Of a stretch of DNA of 64,000 nucleotides, positions 37,437 through 49,369 are shown piece after piece; the stretch's first letter is position 1; every line of letters starts with the position of its first letter. The notes under the pieces were generated by a model. It did no database searches, was not told the DNA's origin, and was given only the letters and a program-made list of their open reading frames with translations. Origin of the DNA: Spizellomyces punctatus DAOM BR117. Its lineage: Eukaryota. The translations under genes and the position numbers were made by a program. The DNA lies in NCBI GenBank assembly GCA_000182565.2, contig KQ257467.1; one strand, given 5' to 3'.

Positions 37437-38561
37437 GTTTCCAACCGTGAAATGTGTGATCTTTGAGGGTAAAGGAATCTCGTTGCTCCCCCCGTGCAAC
37501 CCGTTCAACTTTCTCGATTTGCAGCCGTCCATGATTCTAACCAGCATTCGAATGCGATTAGCTAACCGATCGGAAAGTGACGAAGGTTCCAGCGCCAGAA
37601 GGGACACTTTTTCCTTCGATAAGCATCTTTACGTATCCCGTGCCAAGGCCAAACGTTTTATACCGTTGACCACGGAGCAACTGCTGCAGACAGCACTGCG
37701 GTAAAGTGATCTATCATTCTAAACAGAGAAGGAGTAGCGAGAAAACGTGGTTGTCAAGTATGATGCCCAAAGCCTGGAGGAAATGGTCCAATAACAAACA
37801 AACAAGGAATCCCTGAATGAAAAAAGATGGACCAGTTTTGGATCCTTCCAAGACGGAACAAGTATCCGTTCTATTTAGGGGCTCAGTGGAAATAGATTCA
37901 TCTACGTCTATCTGTTGGCCAACTCGTCTGGTAGGTCATTAATAACTTCAGATCATTGTTTTTCATCAAGAAGATGACTTGTCTTGTTTTGCTAGGGTGA
38001 TAGTGAGACTACCGTGATACTGCGTCGCTCACTCATCTTTCGCATCTGCTTCCATGGGCCTACTTGGCTTATAGAGAGTAATAGTGTGATTGCATCATGA
38101 TGCAATGAATACTGCTTTTTAGATGTGGGTAAGTTCTGATTAGCAAGACAGAAAAACATGTCTACTATCAACTTAAATGAACAAGGATGAAGAAGAGAAT
38201 AAAAAAACTGATAATAGCCAACATGAAAGCGCCGATATATATGGCCTCGGACAAAATATACTTCTGCTTTCTTTGTTGGACATATAGAAAAATACGTGGA
38301 TCACGAACTGGATCGGTCTGACAAGACGAAACTAGATCAACTCCATTCAACGTCGAAACAATTGCGAGACCTAATGTAGCAAAGAAGCAACCTCTGTTCA
38401 GAAATAACCGCCATACACATGCCAGGGAATATACAAATGAGATAAAATGTCTATTGTTAGCATATACAATATCATAGCTCCTCAAAGAAAATATATATGA
38501 AAATGCCTCATAAAGGCAATAAGGATGTGCGATAAAGAAAGCGGAGAGCAATTTCTCAGTA

Positions 38562-39077
38562 CTATGTCAGTAAACGGGTCTCCTCCGCGGTCTCGACTTT
38601 CGGTTCGTAGGCGGGCAGAGGCTCAGCGTCCGCATAGTCTGGCAGCCTCAGCCTTCTCGGATCCATCTCCACCTGTTCACCCGCCCAACGAACTCGTTCC
38701 TCCTCCTCACGCATTCGGCGAACAGCCATCGTCAGCGCGGTAATAGCGGCCGGGAACACCGTGCAGGCGCAAACTACCACGAGAATTGTTGGTGCTGGTG
38801 GTGGGACAAGAGCAGCCAAGAGAGCAATAACGGGGATCAGTGCAAACAGTAGGGCAGAGAGAACTAGGAGACGGAGGATAGTGATGTGGGTTTTTATGAG
38901 GAGAGCGGCTGGTGGTATATAGTAGTACGGGGGAGCGGGCTGGTTTGACGTGTCCCGATGAAAAAGCGAGAAAAAGATGGAGGAAGTCAACGCATTGGGG
39001 GGTTGTGACGGTAGCTGGGGAGAAGACGAAGAGACTATTGCTGTATAAGGTAGTGGTAGGCCGACATCCGTGGCCAT
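38562..39077 (-). CDS. Small two-TM membrane protein with PY motifs
   Basis: Intronless 171-aa ORF with two hydrophobic segments (ITILRLLVLSALLFALIPVIALLAALV; ILVVVCACTVFPAAITALTMAV) and PPYY, LPDY, LPAY motifs. Confidence 0.7.
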   Translation of the reverse strand: MATDVGLPLPYTAIVSSSSPQLPSQPPNALTSSIFFSLFHRDTSNQPAPPYYYIPPAALLIKTHITILRLLVLSALLFALIPVIALLAALVPPPAPTILVVVCACTVFPAAITALTMAVRRMREEEERVRWAGEQVEMDPRRLRLPDYADAEPLPAYEPKVETAEETRLLT

Positions 39078-39802
39078 TGCTTTTGAAAATGCTCAACTCA
39101 ACGAGGAGATAACAAGTCACACTCGAGACCTTTTAGCTTTCAAAAGCGCTGGCTGCGGAACACGTGACGTGAAGGCAGTGGTCCAAGGGGGAAGCCGCTT
39201 GTGTTTTCGTTCTGTTACTCCAACAAAGAGTTTTGATCTGCTGAGGGGCGGGCGGCGGACAAGGTTCGTAGAAAATGTGGTCAAAGGGACGGCGAGAGAA
39301 GCGGCGGCGCTTGTTTTGATCAAGTGCTTGCGATCAAATGCTGCTTTTTGCTTGCGGATATTCATAGCAGCCATGTGATTACGAAAGACGTGCAAGGCCA
39401 AGGATCTCGTCGCAATACGTAGCAATACGTTTCTTTATGCATAAATGCTTGAAAGGACAGGACATGGATGTTCGTCTGACAAGTATCAAGGATATGAAGT
39501 GCTCTTGGGGGTTGGTCAAGTGTTGGAGCGATGCCTACAATTAGATGTCTTTCAAACGTTATAGGATGCATTTTGATTACTTGTCATGGCTCGATGTCAG
39601 TTCGCACAAAAACCCGATGATGGTCAAAAATGCCCAAAGCAGATATCATGCAGAATGTCATTAGGTGCTGAAAAGCGATGAGGAACATTTGTGACCGATC
39701 CAAAGGCACCCTGGCCATTTCGATCGATTTGGGCCGCGTCCAAGTGATATAAAATCGCTGGGCAAGGCTCTCCATTTCCTATTTTTCGTCCAGATCTGCA
39801 AT

Positions 39803-40551
39803 ATGCTCGTGCTTATAGTGATTATCCTACATCTAGTGGACGGCATCCAAGGGCGTCAGGCGCCATTAGTAAGTGCTGGCTGGACTCGCCGAGTGACCTT
39901 TATTTGATTTTGCGAACGCTGTTCCTGATGCACTGTTCAGTAGACGATATCCCCAGGTTTAGACCTCTTTGGCGGGACATCTCCTTGGAATGTGTCAGAA
40001 TGGGAAGCCATAGATGATCGGTAGGCATAGCGTACGATAGTCCCTCTCGTATGTTGAACTAAAACAAAGAACAACGAAATCCTAGAGTTCGAGGAGGCAC
40101 GTCTGAAAGTACCCTGGAACTTGTTCAGAATAACACAGTGCTCTTCAAAGGCTACGTTGACACGGAAATCCTCGGCGGAGCTGGCTTTGCATCTCAGAGA
40201 ACCCGTGGGAACTTGATGTTGGATCTTTCTTTGTATACGCATCTTCAGATCCAGGTTGCAGCATCGGATCAAAGAACCTATTCGCTGAATCTCTACACTA
40301 GCCCCGAAAAGCCGAGCTATCCATACTCTCGTCTTACATACAAGTACAGCTTCAATCCCCAGGGCCATGCAGGCGATTTCTCTGCACCGTGGGACGATTT
40401 TAAGCCGTTCTGGAGGGGAAAGGAGGTGGATGGCCCTAAACTGGATGCTAGCTCCATCCAAGGCCTAGGAATTATGTGTCAGAGCTTTTTTGGAGCGCAG
40501 GAGGGCGATTTTCAGCTTGTAGTTGCGAGAATCTCTGCCGTCGTTAAATAA
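39803..40551 (+). CDS. CIA30/NDUFAF1-family domain protein, 2 introns
   Basis: WEAIDDR|VRGGTS, ILGGAGFASQRT, PWDDFKPFWRGKEV, LGIMCQSFFGAQEGDFQL. The proposed first exon is MLVLIVIILHLVDGIQGRQAPL|gtaagt. Confidence 0.85.
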
Positions 40552-40747
40552 CTCGTCGAGATATTTCTGTAGACTTGTAGTAGATTCAGTATAGCAGATA
40601 TAATGGCTTACATGAACATTGGAAACTCTCGTTGCTTTCACCGAATCCACAACACCCCGCACGTGGGCATATAGCAACCGACCATAGTAACGGTCCCCGC
40701 GAAGATCCAACGCTCAACTTGAACGCTTTCCAGACCACTTTGGCGAA

Positions 40748-41865
40748 ATGTCACTGAATTTGGCGTCGCCAAAAAGAAGTATTGTAGGAAAGTTATTCAA
40801 TCTGTCCGCAAAGTGACAAAGCAAAGACTTATCGTTTCCAATAGGCAGTGTCGGAGCAGTTGCCAAACTCTTTCTCAAGACCTATACGCATTTGCATACA
40901 TTCAACGAACATGCGCTTCTCAAGACGATATTGCACCAGAGGCACCGACCTGTGATAACAGTTGGAAATCATTTATCCGTCTTGGATGACCCTATGCTGT
41001 GGGGTAGGCGGCGCGAATGACTTTACGTACGCCATTGCGAGACTTACCACTGGTTGCTCGAGCCAGGCATATTGCCGTGGAAGATATTGACAGACCAACA
41101 CCGCATGAGGTGGTCACTAGGTGCTAAAGAGATTTGCTTCGGTAATCGGTATGAGTTGTCCGAAAATGTATCTAAATGTTTACGATTGCATCTAAGCTTT
41201 TGGCTCCAATAGTGTGACAGCATGGTTTTTCGGTTCCGGGCGAGTGATTCCAATCGTGAGGGGTGACGGGATCTATCAGCCGGCAATGGACCTGGCTATT
41301 CAAAAACTGAACCAGAATGGGTGGGTGAGTTTTACAGGGGACAAGACATGACTGCCATGGAGGAAAAGTTATCTCATGTTGTGATCCAGGTGCACATCTT
41401 CTCTGAAGGACGTGTAAACCAAGAGTCTACCATGTTACCCTTCCGATGGGGAATAGCAAGGCTTATTATGGAATTAAGCCAACCCCCAATAGTCGTACCA
41501 TTTTGGCACAAGGTGTAGGAAAATAGTCGATATTTATAGCGGATTGGTACCAACACTCTTTCCATCGCAAGGGCCTCGAGTCCGTCATGCCTGAGAACAC
41601 AAAGTTCTACTTTCCCCGTCCAAATAAGGAGCTAATTCTCGCATTTGGCGAACCGATCGATTTTGGCAGCAATGGAATATTGGATTCTGTTAAAGAGCTG
41701 GATGATACTGAAGCCCGTATTCGGCTAACGGATTACATTTTTCAACAAACTGTGCAAGTGCAAAGGGATACGGAGAGGAAAATTGGAGATCCAGACTGGA
41801 GGACGCGTGGACGACCGCTCAAGGGAGTGGATGATGAGCCGCCTAAAATGGGAGATCCATCTTGA
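40748..41865 (+). CDS. TAZ1: Tafazzin (monolysocardiolipin acyltransferase)
   Basis: ITVGNHLSVLDDPMLWG (HxxxxD), RWSLGAKEICF, RGDGIYQPAM, VHIFSEGRVNQ, PFRWGIARLI. Start codon approximate. Confidence 0.9.
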
Positions 41866-42008
41866 GCTCCGATGCCCCATTATTCGTATTTAATTCTTCA
41901 ACTGTTTCATGGCATATTAGGGTATTCGACTAGATGTACATCTATTGTAATAGTAAACACGCCTCTGTATTGAGCATCTCTCTAGTCTGACTGAGTGAAA
42001 GTCGCCAA

Positions 42009-43281
42009 CTATAAGTTTATCAATGTCCGAAATCGACTTAACCTATCCATGGCTGTATCGGATCCACTCCAGACTTCACGTCCATTCTCCATTTTAATCA
42101 CTGGGCATCCCACCTGCTCCAGCGTAAAACTGGCACTAACACTTCCGTAACAGGCTGCAGCAATGGGGTCCTTATTTGACAGGAGATGACCCGCCATCCA
42201 CCCACCAAGAAACGAGTTTCCCGCTCCAGTCACATCTACAATTGCAGTTGGATTGCCTTGGGCGACAACTGTCCAATAAGCTGGCACCAGAACGGGTACC
42301 GCTTTCGGTGGCACAACAAGGCATCCACGCTCTGCTGCTCTTAACAAAAGCGTCGGCGGAGGAATTCTAAGGGCTTCAAGCGATGCAAGAATGCACGACA
42401 CAAGCTCATTCAGATCATCAATTGCACAGTTGACCTCCTGCCTGCCAACCGGTGATCGCGAGGCTTGATTTATTACTCTCCAAGTAGAAAGTGCTTCGGT
42501 GGCAAGCTGTTTTGCTTCCTCGTGGTTTGGCGACACGACATTAGCGAAACCGCATGCAGTCAAGAACTCGTTCCAATTGGTTGACCGACACGATTCGGGA
42601 GATGGTTCCCAGACAATACAGGGACTTCGATTCTGTGCGCGCCCTTGTAGCCGTTTTCGAAAGGCTTCTACCCAAGCAATCAGCCTTGCTGGAGACGTGA
42701 TGAGGTGTATGTACTCAACGGTGTCAATCCACTTTTCCGGAAATTGATCTGGTAGAACGCGAAAGAAACGTGCATAGGATTCTAAGGAATGCACCAGTCA
42801 AACAAACAGGATATTAAATTGTCCCTCAGCAGAATGGAACTTACATGTACCTTCCGGGGTTTGGTACTTGAAAGCACGATGTCCAGGTTTATTTTCGGCC
42901 CCGAATGTGTTCCATGCCCTTGGCTGTGGCTGTCCCGATACACGCCTCACCAATAATGAAATGTGAAGGTCATTCAATCTCGGCACCACATCTGGCGGAC
43001 ACTCATCCCCAATATTGGCAATATATCCGAGTCTCTTTGATAATGTAGGTGAAGGCAGCCAAATACGAGCACCTGGATAAACTTGATGTCAAAGTTAAAG
43101 TTGGACGGAAAAGACCGAAACAAAGCTCACCTATGATCGCATGAGCACCCGCCCCACCCATCACGCCATAATTCTTTGTTCCATCCTCCAAGACAATATC
43201 GTCAATGATTAGCGAGCCAGCGCTTGCGATGAGAGGATTGGATTCGTCGGACGCGAGCGTTTCATCAACTTTCGTAGCCAT
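42009..43281 (-). CDS. PfkB/ribokinase-family protein, MAK32-like
   Basis: GSLIIDDI, MGGAGAHA, IVWEP, VVSPNHEE, VDVTGAGNSFLGG, YGSVSASFTLEQVGCP. 2 introns. Confidence 0.85.
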
Positions 43282-43518
43282 TGTGTGTCGTTTTGCAAGT
43301 TTACGGCCTGCCCGCCCCAAAAAGGTCTCCTCGAGCGGTTGATAAATCGATCGTGATTACGCAACACGCGACACATGGTTTGTGTTTTTGCTCTGGCAGA
43401 AGGGCATTCGGCTAGCAGAACACTCCTAAGCAAAGCAGTGTTGCATTCCTGCAGCAGGAACTGCAAGTTGCTCGCATTGTAGCTGCATGGAAGAACTCGT
43501 TCGGCCTGTGCAAAAGGA

Positions 43519-46500
43519 ATGGACATCCCCAAGCCATGCGGCGAAAAGCAGCCAAGGAAAACAGTGGAGGTTGTGCTCCAGCTAGCCGACTTTACGAATA
43601 TTGACGTGTATCTACGAGGGTGAGAGTTCACCGCTTACTGGATAGGTTAGCGTACATGGTGACTTAACCATCTTGTTAGGCTATATCAGTTCCATTGTCG
43701 ACTTTACGCGCTGGTTCCTGTGTACGAGCGGGGTCGGTTGATAAGGCGTGACCGAGTCGATGGCATTCCTACCATTTTATTACCGACAGAAGAACAGGGA
43801 TCCTTTGAGCCTGTGCTACCGTTTGTTGCAGGTTAGTTACTAACGGCATCAGATTGCCATCAACTGCATTTTACACATCAATAAATCTTTTTGAAGAAAC
43901 TTCGAAAGAGCTCCGGTACAACTGCTTTCCTAGTTATGTCATGCAAAGACAAAAGTGCCCTCTGCATCAAGTCTGCTCTTGGAAATGTCGCCCATCTCAA
44001 AACAGCTCGACGCCAAATGTGTGGATAACAAAGAGCTTTTACATCTCACGCGAGGCGGAACGTGTTGCCCTCCACACAGGTGTCGTTTTCCGGATTGACC
44101 TAGACGTAACGCTAGGTGAAATTGAACCGTTAGAAGATGAGTCTGGCCAATGGGATGCGCACCTTGATATTGAACTATGGCATTGCGAAGATGAAAGGTG
44201 TGTTTCGTAGGGGTTCAGTTCTGGGGTAAACCGGTAGCGTAACATTACCTTGCCTGGACAAATGCATTAGTTTGACTGACGACCCAAACTTACGAAATGT
44301 ATCCCTCAACCCTCCCATTACGCTCCAGGATGGCGAATCCGGATGATTTCACCTTTCAGCAGTTGCGTCGGTTTCGTCTATCGAAATTGTTGTCATCGAA
44401 TTCGCCGTCTACACAGTTGCATCAGTATGCAAGTGTGTGTTTCAGCAGTCCCTTCTTCTCTGCGTGCAGTTTACTGGTGTCCGCTTCCACGCTGGGATAT
44501 CATATGGACGATCCCGTCGAAATACCAAGAACGGTGATATGGGAGGATTCTGGGCTCGGAAATGTGCTGGGTCGCTTTTGGAAACAATGGATCCCGTCAG
44601 ATTCCTCGAATGGAGTGGATCCAAGACATGATCGGCTGGCGGACGTCCTGTCCGATGAACTACACAGGGAGCGTAATACAGGCGCACCATTCACACCGCT
44701 ATCCGCAGATGGAGGATTGGTACGTATGTTTGGCGTATGCATACCCCTGCGCGAAAACTCATAGCTCAAACCCCTTTACTCCCAGAGCGCATTTGGGACG
44801 TACTACACCAAATTAGTGTACCGAAGCCTGCATATCCTTCTGACCTTGTATCTTTTGGTTGGAAATATTCGGGTTTCATCGATAGAAGACGCTTCATTAA
44901 CAGCGCACCTGACTGCTCATGACATTGCGGCAGTTTTCAAATGTGTACTGGGTGGGGATGGTGCCGAGGAAGGGCTTGGTGAAGATGAGGACGATACGTC
45001 CATTGACCACGCCGATAAATTACGGATACTCAGATATTGTGATGATATTTTACAGGAATACTTACAGGTACGTGTACAAGGTAGAGGAGTCCCACATTGA
45101 GACCACCTGTGCTGATTTGTATTGAGTAGTCCGAAACATCTTCGCTAATATTCGAGGAAAGAATGGGTGAATTACTAGAACGGCTCCTACATCTGGTACA
45201 GTATTTTGTTTTCTTCTCCTATGCACAGGTTTGCATTAACACGCTATCATATCGTAGAGTCGCACGATATGGATGACATTCTTGAAGCAGCACGTCATGT
45301 TATCGCTTGCGGAGGTTGCCGTACTGCGATCCGCGTGGGCCAAACGCAATTATTCATTATTCTGCCGTCACATTATACCCGCAGTCCAACTACCGGCGCG
45401 TGGTGGCCTTACAAGAATGTAGGTATTTTCGGAAGAGCAGCGATTCATTTTTCTGCGCCCTAATATTAATCCTTCTGCAGTGCTCACGAGAGCATCTTAC
45501 GTCAACGCTTCCCAGCAATGTTGGTTTCTGAAGAACGGCAGCTCCCCATTCCAATTGTTATCGATCAAACTACCTTGCAATTTTACGTTGACCGGCCTTT
45601 ATCCCCAATATCCATTGCGGCGTTTCGACGTCCGCGTACTTGGACCATGAGCAGTGGTTTGAGCCTTGCACCATCAGAGTATGGGCAATCGAGTGTAAAA
45701 AGCCTGATGGGATCACCTCTTTTGGATGAGGATGCTAGTGTGATGGGTATCCGACCTCCTCGAAGTGTAATGTCGGATAATATGTCGATTACGAATGTGA
45801 ATTCCAGTGACACGGCCGGCAATCATGTCGAAACGGAGTTGGAGTGGTTGGTTGCAAACAGATCGGATATGGTGACCAGGGGCGGATGTCATTTGGTCGT
45901 TTTCGTCCACGGACTTTTGGGTATGTAATTCGACATCATGTATCATCCAAGCCTCTGTTGATCGCTTATCTCAAAGGGTCTGCTTATGATTTTCGGCAAC
46001 TCAAGAACAAGGTGATCTATGCAAGGCATAACTTCAATATACCATCCAATGGCATTGTGTTCCTGAACAGCAATTGCAACGAAGAGGATACCCTTGATGA
46101 TATATCTGTTTTAGCGGATCACCTGGTGTCGGAAATTGTTGAGTTTGTGACCGAAGAGCGGTTGCGAGTAGAGAGAATGAGGTAAATACTAACAGTACCT
46201 AGCAGCAAGTATGTTTGGCAGGCAAGTAATATCAGGATCCAGTTTTGTGTGTCACTCGCTAGGAGGGATCATTGCTCGATGTGCCATCGAAAAACCTGGG
46301 ATGGAGATTTTCCGGGACAAGTATGACACATTCATCACGTTAGCTACGCCCCATCTTTCGGGAGCCCTATCAAAGAATCGACTGTTGACATTTTGTAAGC
46401 CCCAGTTGAATGCTTCAAGGCCTTCGCATATGATGTAAATCTAATTGCCTCATTCCAAAATTTCTTGACAGTGGCAACAATGTATCAGTGTATCGACCGC

Positions 46501-46983
46501 TCGGCTTGCATAGATCAGCTGTTAATGAAGGATAATGCAAACCTACAAGAGTCCTTCATGTACAAACTCGCCACAAATGCGTCAGCACTAGGCGCCTTCA
46601 AGTGTGTTCGATTGTTGGCATCCTCGCAAGATGGGTACGCGGACGTGGAGAGCGCATTAATCGGGCTTGGAGGTGCTAGAGAGATACAGAGGGCATGCGG
46701 ACAAGGATGTATTGGCGTATTCGGTTCTTGTGAATCCTATTCTCGAGTGGATGCGGAGGGAACGGCGTCGACAGGAGATGACCAAAGTGATCAAGATGCA
46801 TACAAAGATATGCTGGTTGCTTTGTCGGGCGTCCTTGCTGGTGCAAAGGTGGAGAGATACATTGTTTGGTTCCCTAGTTTGGCTGGAACGACTGATTTTC
46901 TTGGAAGACGAGCGCATGTAGCAATGTTGGAGGATCCAATGTTTTTGGAAATGGCGGTTGTGATTTGTAGATTGCTTTTGTAA
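43519..46983 (+). CDS. FAM135-like protein with C-terminal DUF676 alpha/beta-hydrolase, many introns
   Basis: N-terminal TVEVVLQLADFTNIDVYLRG.YQ resembles the FAM135 start. C-terminal motifs HLVVFVHGLLG, SFVCHSLGGIIAR, FITLATPHL, LLASSQDGY, GRRAHVAML. Confidence 0.85.
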
Positions 46984-47796
46984 CTAAATCTGGGCAGTGG
47001 ATTTATCGCTCGTAATGTTGCTGTGTTAGCATTTGCCGATGAGAATTAGTAGTCATGAAAGATGTGGGACACTGGACGTGATTGCAAGATAATCGTGTGT
47101 TCTCGCATCATCCGAGACGTTATTGTGACACATCGCAAACCACGACGGAAACCTTTGTCTAAAAAGACGATGCAAGGGAGTGTACTTGCACGGTCTTTGG
47201 CTAGGGAAAGACAGGGCGATAGGCTTGAGAGATGCTTGGCTCGGGAGGTTTAGGCACGCGTTTCTAGACGTTTTCTTTTACGCAACTTTGGAGCACGTCG
47301 GCCAAGTAAACTGTCAGGTCATACACAGGGATGCTACCGCAGCCTCCTTCGAGGGACAACCGGATAGGTTATGCAGCTATCGGGTACCGCCACGACATTG
47401 ACGTGGTGTCGAATGTGGCCATACCAATTTTTTGCCAATGGGTATTTGAGTTCCTTTCAAGACGAAGCATAGCATTCTGAACACCTACCACCATGTGCAA
47501 TATCGGGTATGCAAGTCGATCAATGTTTCTGACACCGGTTCACATAGTCCCTGCATGGGTAGATGCATGACTTCATCCTTGTGAGATGTCATTAATTTGT
47601 GGAGAACCCAGAGTGACCACGTCCGTAACGAAAAAATCACGTAAAAAGCAAGAACCGTACGATCAACGTCGTATGGCGTCATTTCTAGTGGGGTATATAA
47701 GGGTGGCCTTTTTGGAAATCCCACCTTTTTAGGCGTTGACCCATAAACACCTACACACACAGCATCTGTTTTCCAGTATCAAAGATTTATAAACTC

Positions 47797-49094
47797 ATGT
47801 CAGCTCTTTCAACCAGCGACAAGGTGATCCAAGTCAACCTCAAAAAACACGTCCCAGAAGGACCTGTCACCGAGGATGCGTTTGACATTGTCCAAGTGCC
47901 AGCCCCTAAACCAGAAGATCTAAAGGATGGAGAGGTCCTCTTACGAGCCATTTACGTTTCAGTGGAGTGAGTGTTTGTCAGATCTCGGCAGTTTGGATCA
48001 GGTGAATCGACGGCTTAATTTTGCAACAGCCCTTACATGCGAAGCCGGTTTATCAACAAGCCAGGGTATCTCCTTGGACCATTCCAAATCGGACAACCGA
48101 TTGAATCTGGGACAGTGGCCGTCATTTTGGCCTCAAAGAGTTCAAAGTACAAGGAGGGAGATATCGTTCAAGGATTGTTACCTTGGGTTGAAGTTCTAGC
48201 AAGGGATCCCAAAGGCTTGAATCATGTGCAAAAGGATGCAGGATTCCCATGGAGCTACTATCTGGGTGCTTGTGGTGAGTCAAAGTAGGTGTTGCTGTTT
48301 CTGAGGAGCGTATCTTGACGACCGTGGATTGTAGGCATGCCCGGTTTGACAGCCTATGCCGGTCTCGACAAGATTGCCGAACCCAAAAAGGGAGAGGTAG
48401 CGCTCGTCTCTGCAGCCGCTGGAGCCGTCGGGCAACTCGTCTGTCAGATTTTGAAAAACGTACGCGGAGTAAAGGTCATTGGTATTGCTGGTGGTTCACA
48501 CAAGATCGACTTTCTCAAAAAAGAGATTCATGTGGATTCAACAATCGACTACAAGTCGGAGAGCTTGGCAAAGAAAATAGCAGAGGAAGCTCCGGAGGGC
48601 CTTGACATTTATTGGGATAACGTACGTAAAAAACAAAAAATCAAAAACAAAAAACGTCAAGTTTGTCGATAAGATACAAATTCCGGCAAGTTTTCTTTAT
48701 TAACGCCATGCTGCGTTAATAGGTCGGCGGCGAAACGCTGGAACTTGCTCTCCGCTATTCCCGTCCGCACATGCGTATTCCCGTCTGTGGAATGATATCT
48801 CAGTATGATCTCTCCGAGCAAGAGCAGGCGCCTCTGAGAGGTGCCACCAGGATTGTCTGGAACCGTATCCGAATTCAAGGCTTTATTGTCGGTGATCTCT
48901 GGGCTGAATATTATGACCGATTCCAAAAAGATATGCCCGAATGGATTCGACAGGGCAAAATCAAGGTTGTGGAGGATCTGGTCAAGGGAGGGTTGAGGAA
49001 TGCCCCAAAGGCCTTTATTGGGATGATGAAGGGTGACAACTTGGGCAAAAGGGTTGTGGAGGTGACCAGTGGCATTGATCCCTATCGCAAATAA
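47797..49094 (+). CDS. NADP-dependent alkenal/prostaglandin reductase-like oxidoreductase (zinc-independent MDR family), 3 introns
   Basis: GEVLLRAIYVSVDPYMR, GMPGLTAYAGL, VSAAAGAVGQLVCQ, GLDIYWDNVGG, CGMISQY, GDNLGKRVV. TATATAA at ~47694. Confidence 0.92.
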
Positions 49095-49369
49095 CCAAAG
49101 ATCCAATCTGTACATGTGCTAAATAGTGCGTAAATAAACAAGAAATACAATAAAAAAAAGTAAAAGTAACAAAAATATGCACCCATCAAGAATCGAACCC
49201 GCATGTGAAACGTGATTCAACCGCCCCGCAGGTGGCGCAGAAGGCCTAGGATGGGTAAGCACTCCGAGCGTTAAGATTTTGATATGAGTAGACAATGTTC
49301 TCGGGGTGGGGAGCTGGTGGTGGAAAATTGTTTTCTTTCTTGCCATCAGCCAAAGAAATCTTCAAGCCG

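Noticed and set aside
37700-38551. AT-rich stretch with a hydrophobic 127-aa minus-strand ORF
   Set aside because: Composition fits the 3' UTR or intergenic DNA of the PY-motif gene; no terminal repeats or transposase signal.
40810-40820. In-frame TGA near the tafazzin 5' end suggesting readthrough or selenocysteine
   Set aside because: Falls inside a plausible GT-AG intron (~40779-40844) and does not align with a redox motif.
44828-44842. ATATCCTT resembling a U12-type 5' splice site
   Set aside because: Lies within a continuous reading frame (RSLHILLTL), so no intron is needed.
49188-49236. Resemblance to a cobalamin riboswitch core (GAACCC...GTGAAA...GCCCCGCA)
   Set aside because: Lacks GGGAA, the paired GGTG/TCC T-loop stem and the ACTGT/B12-box elements; treated as chance similarity.
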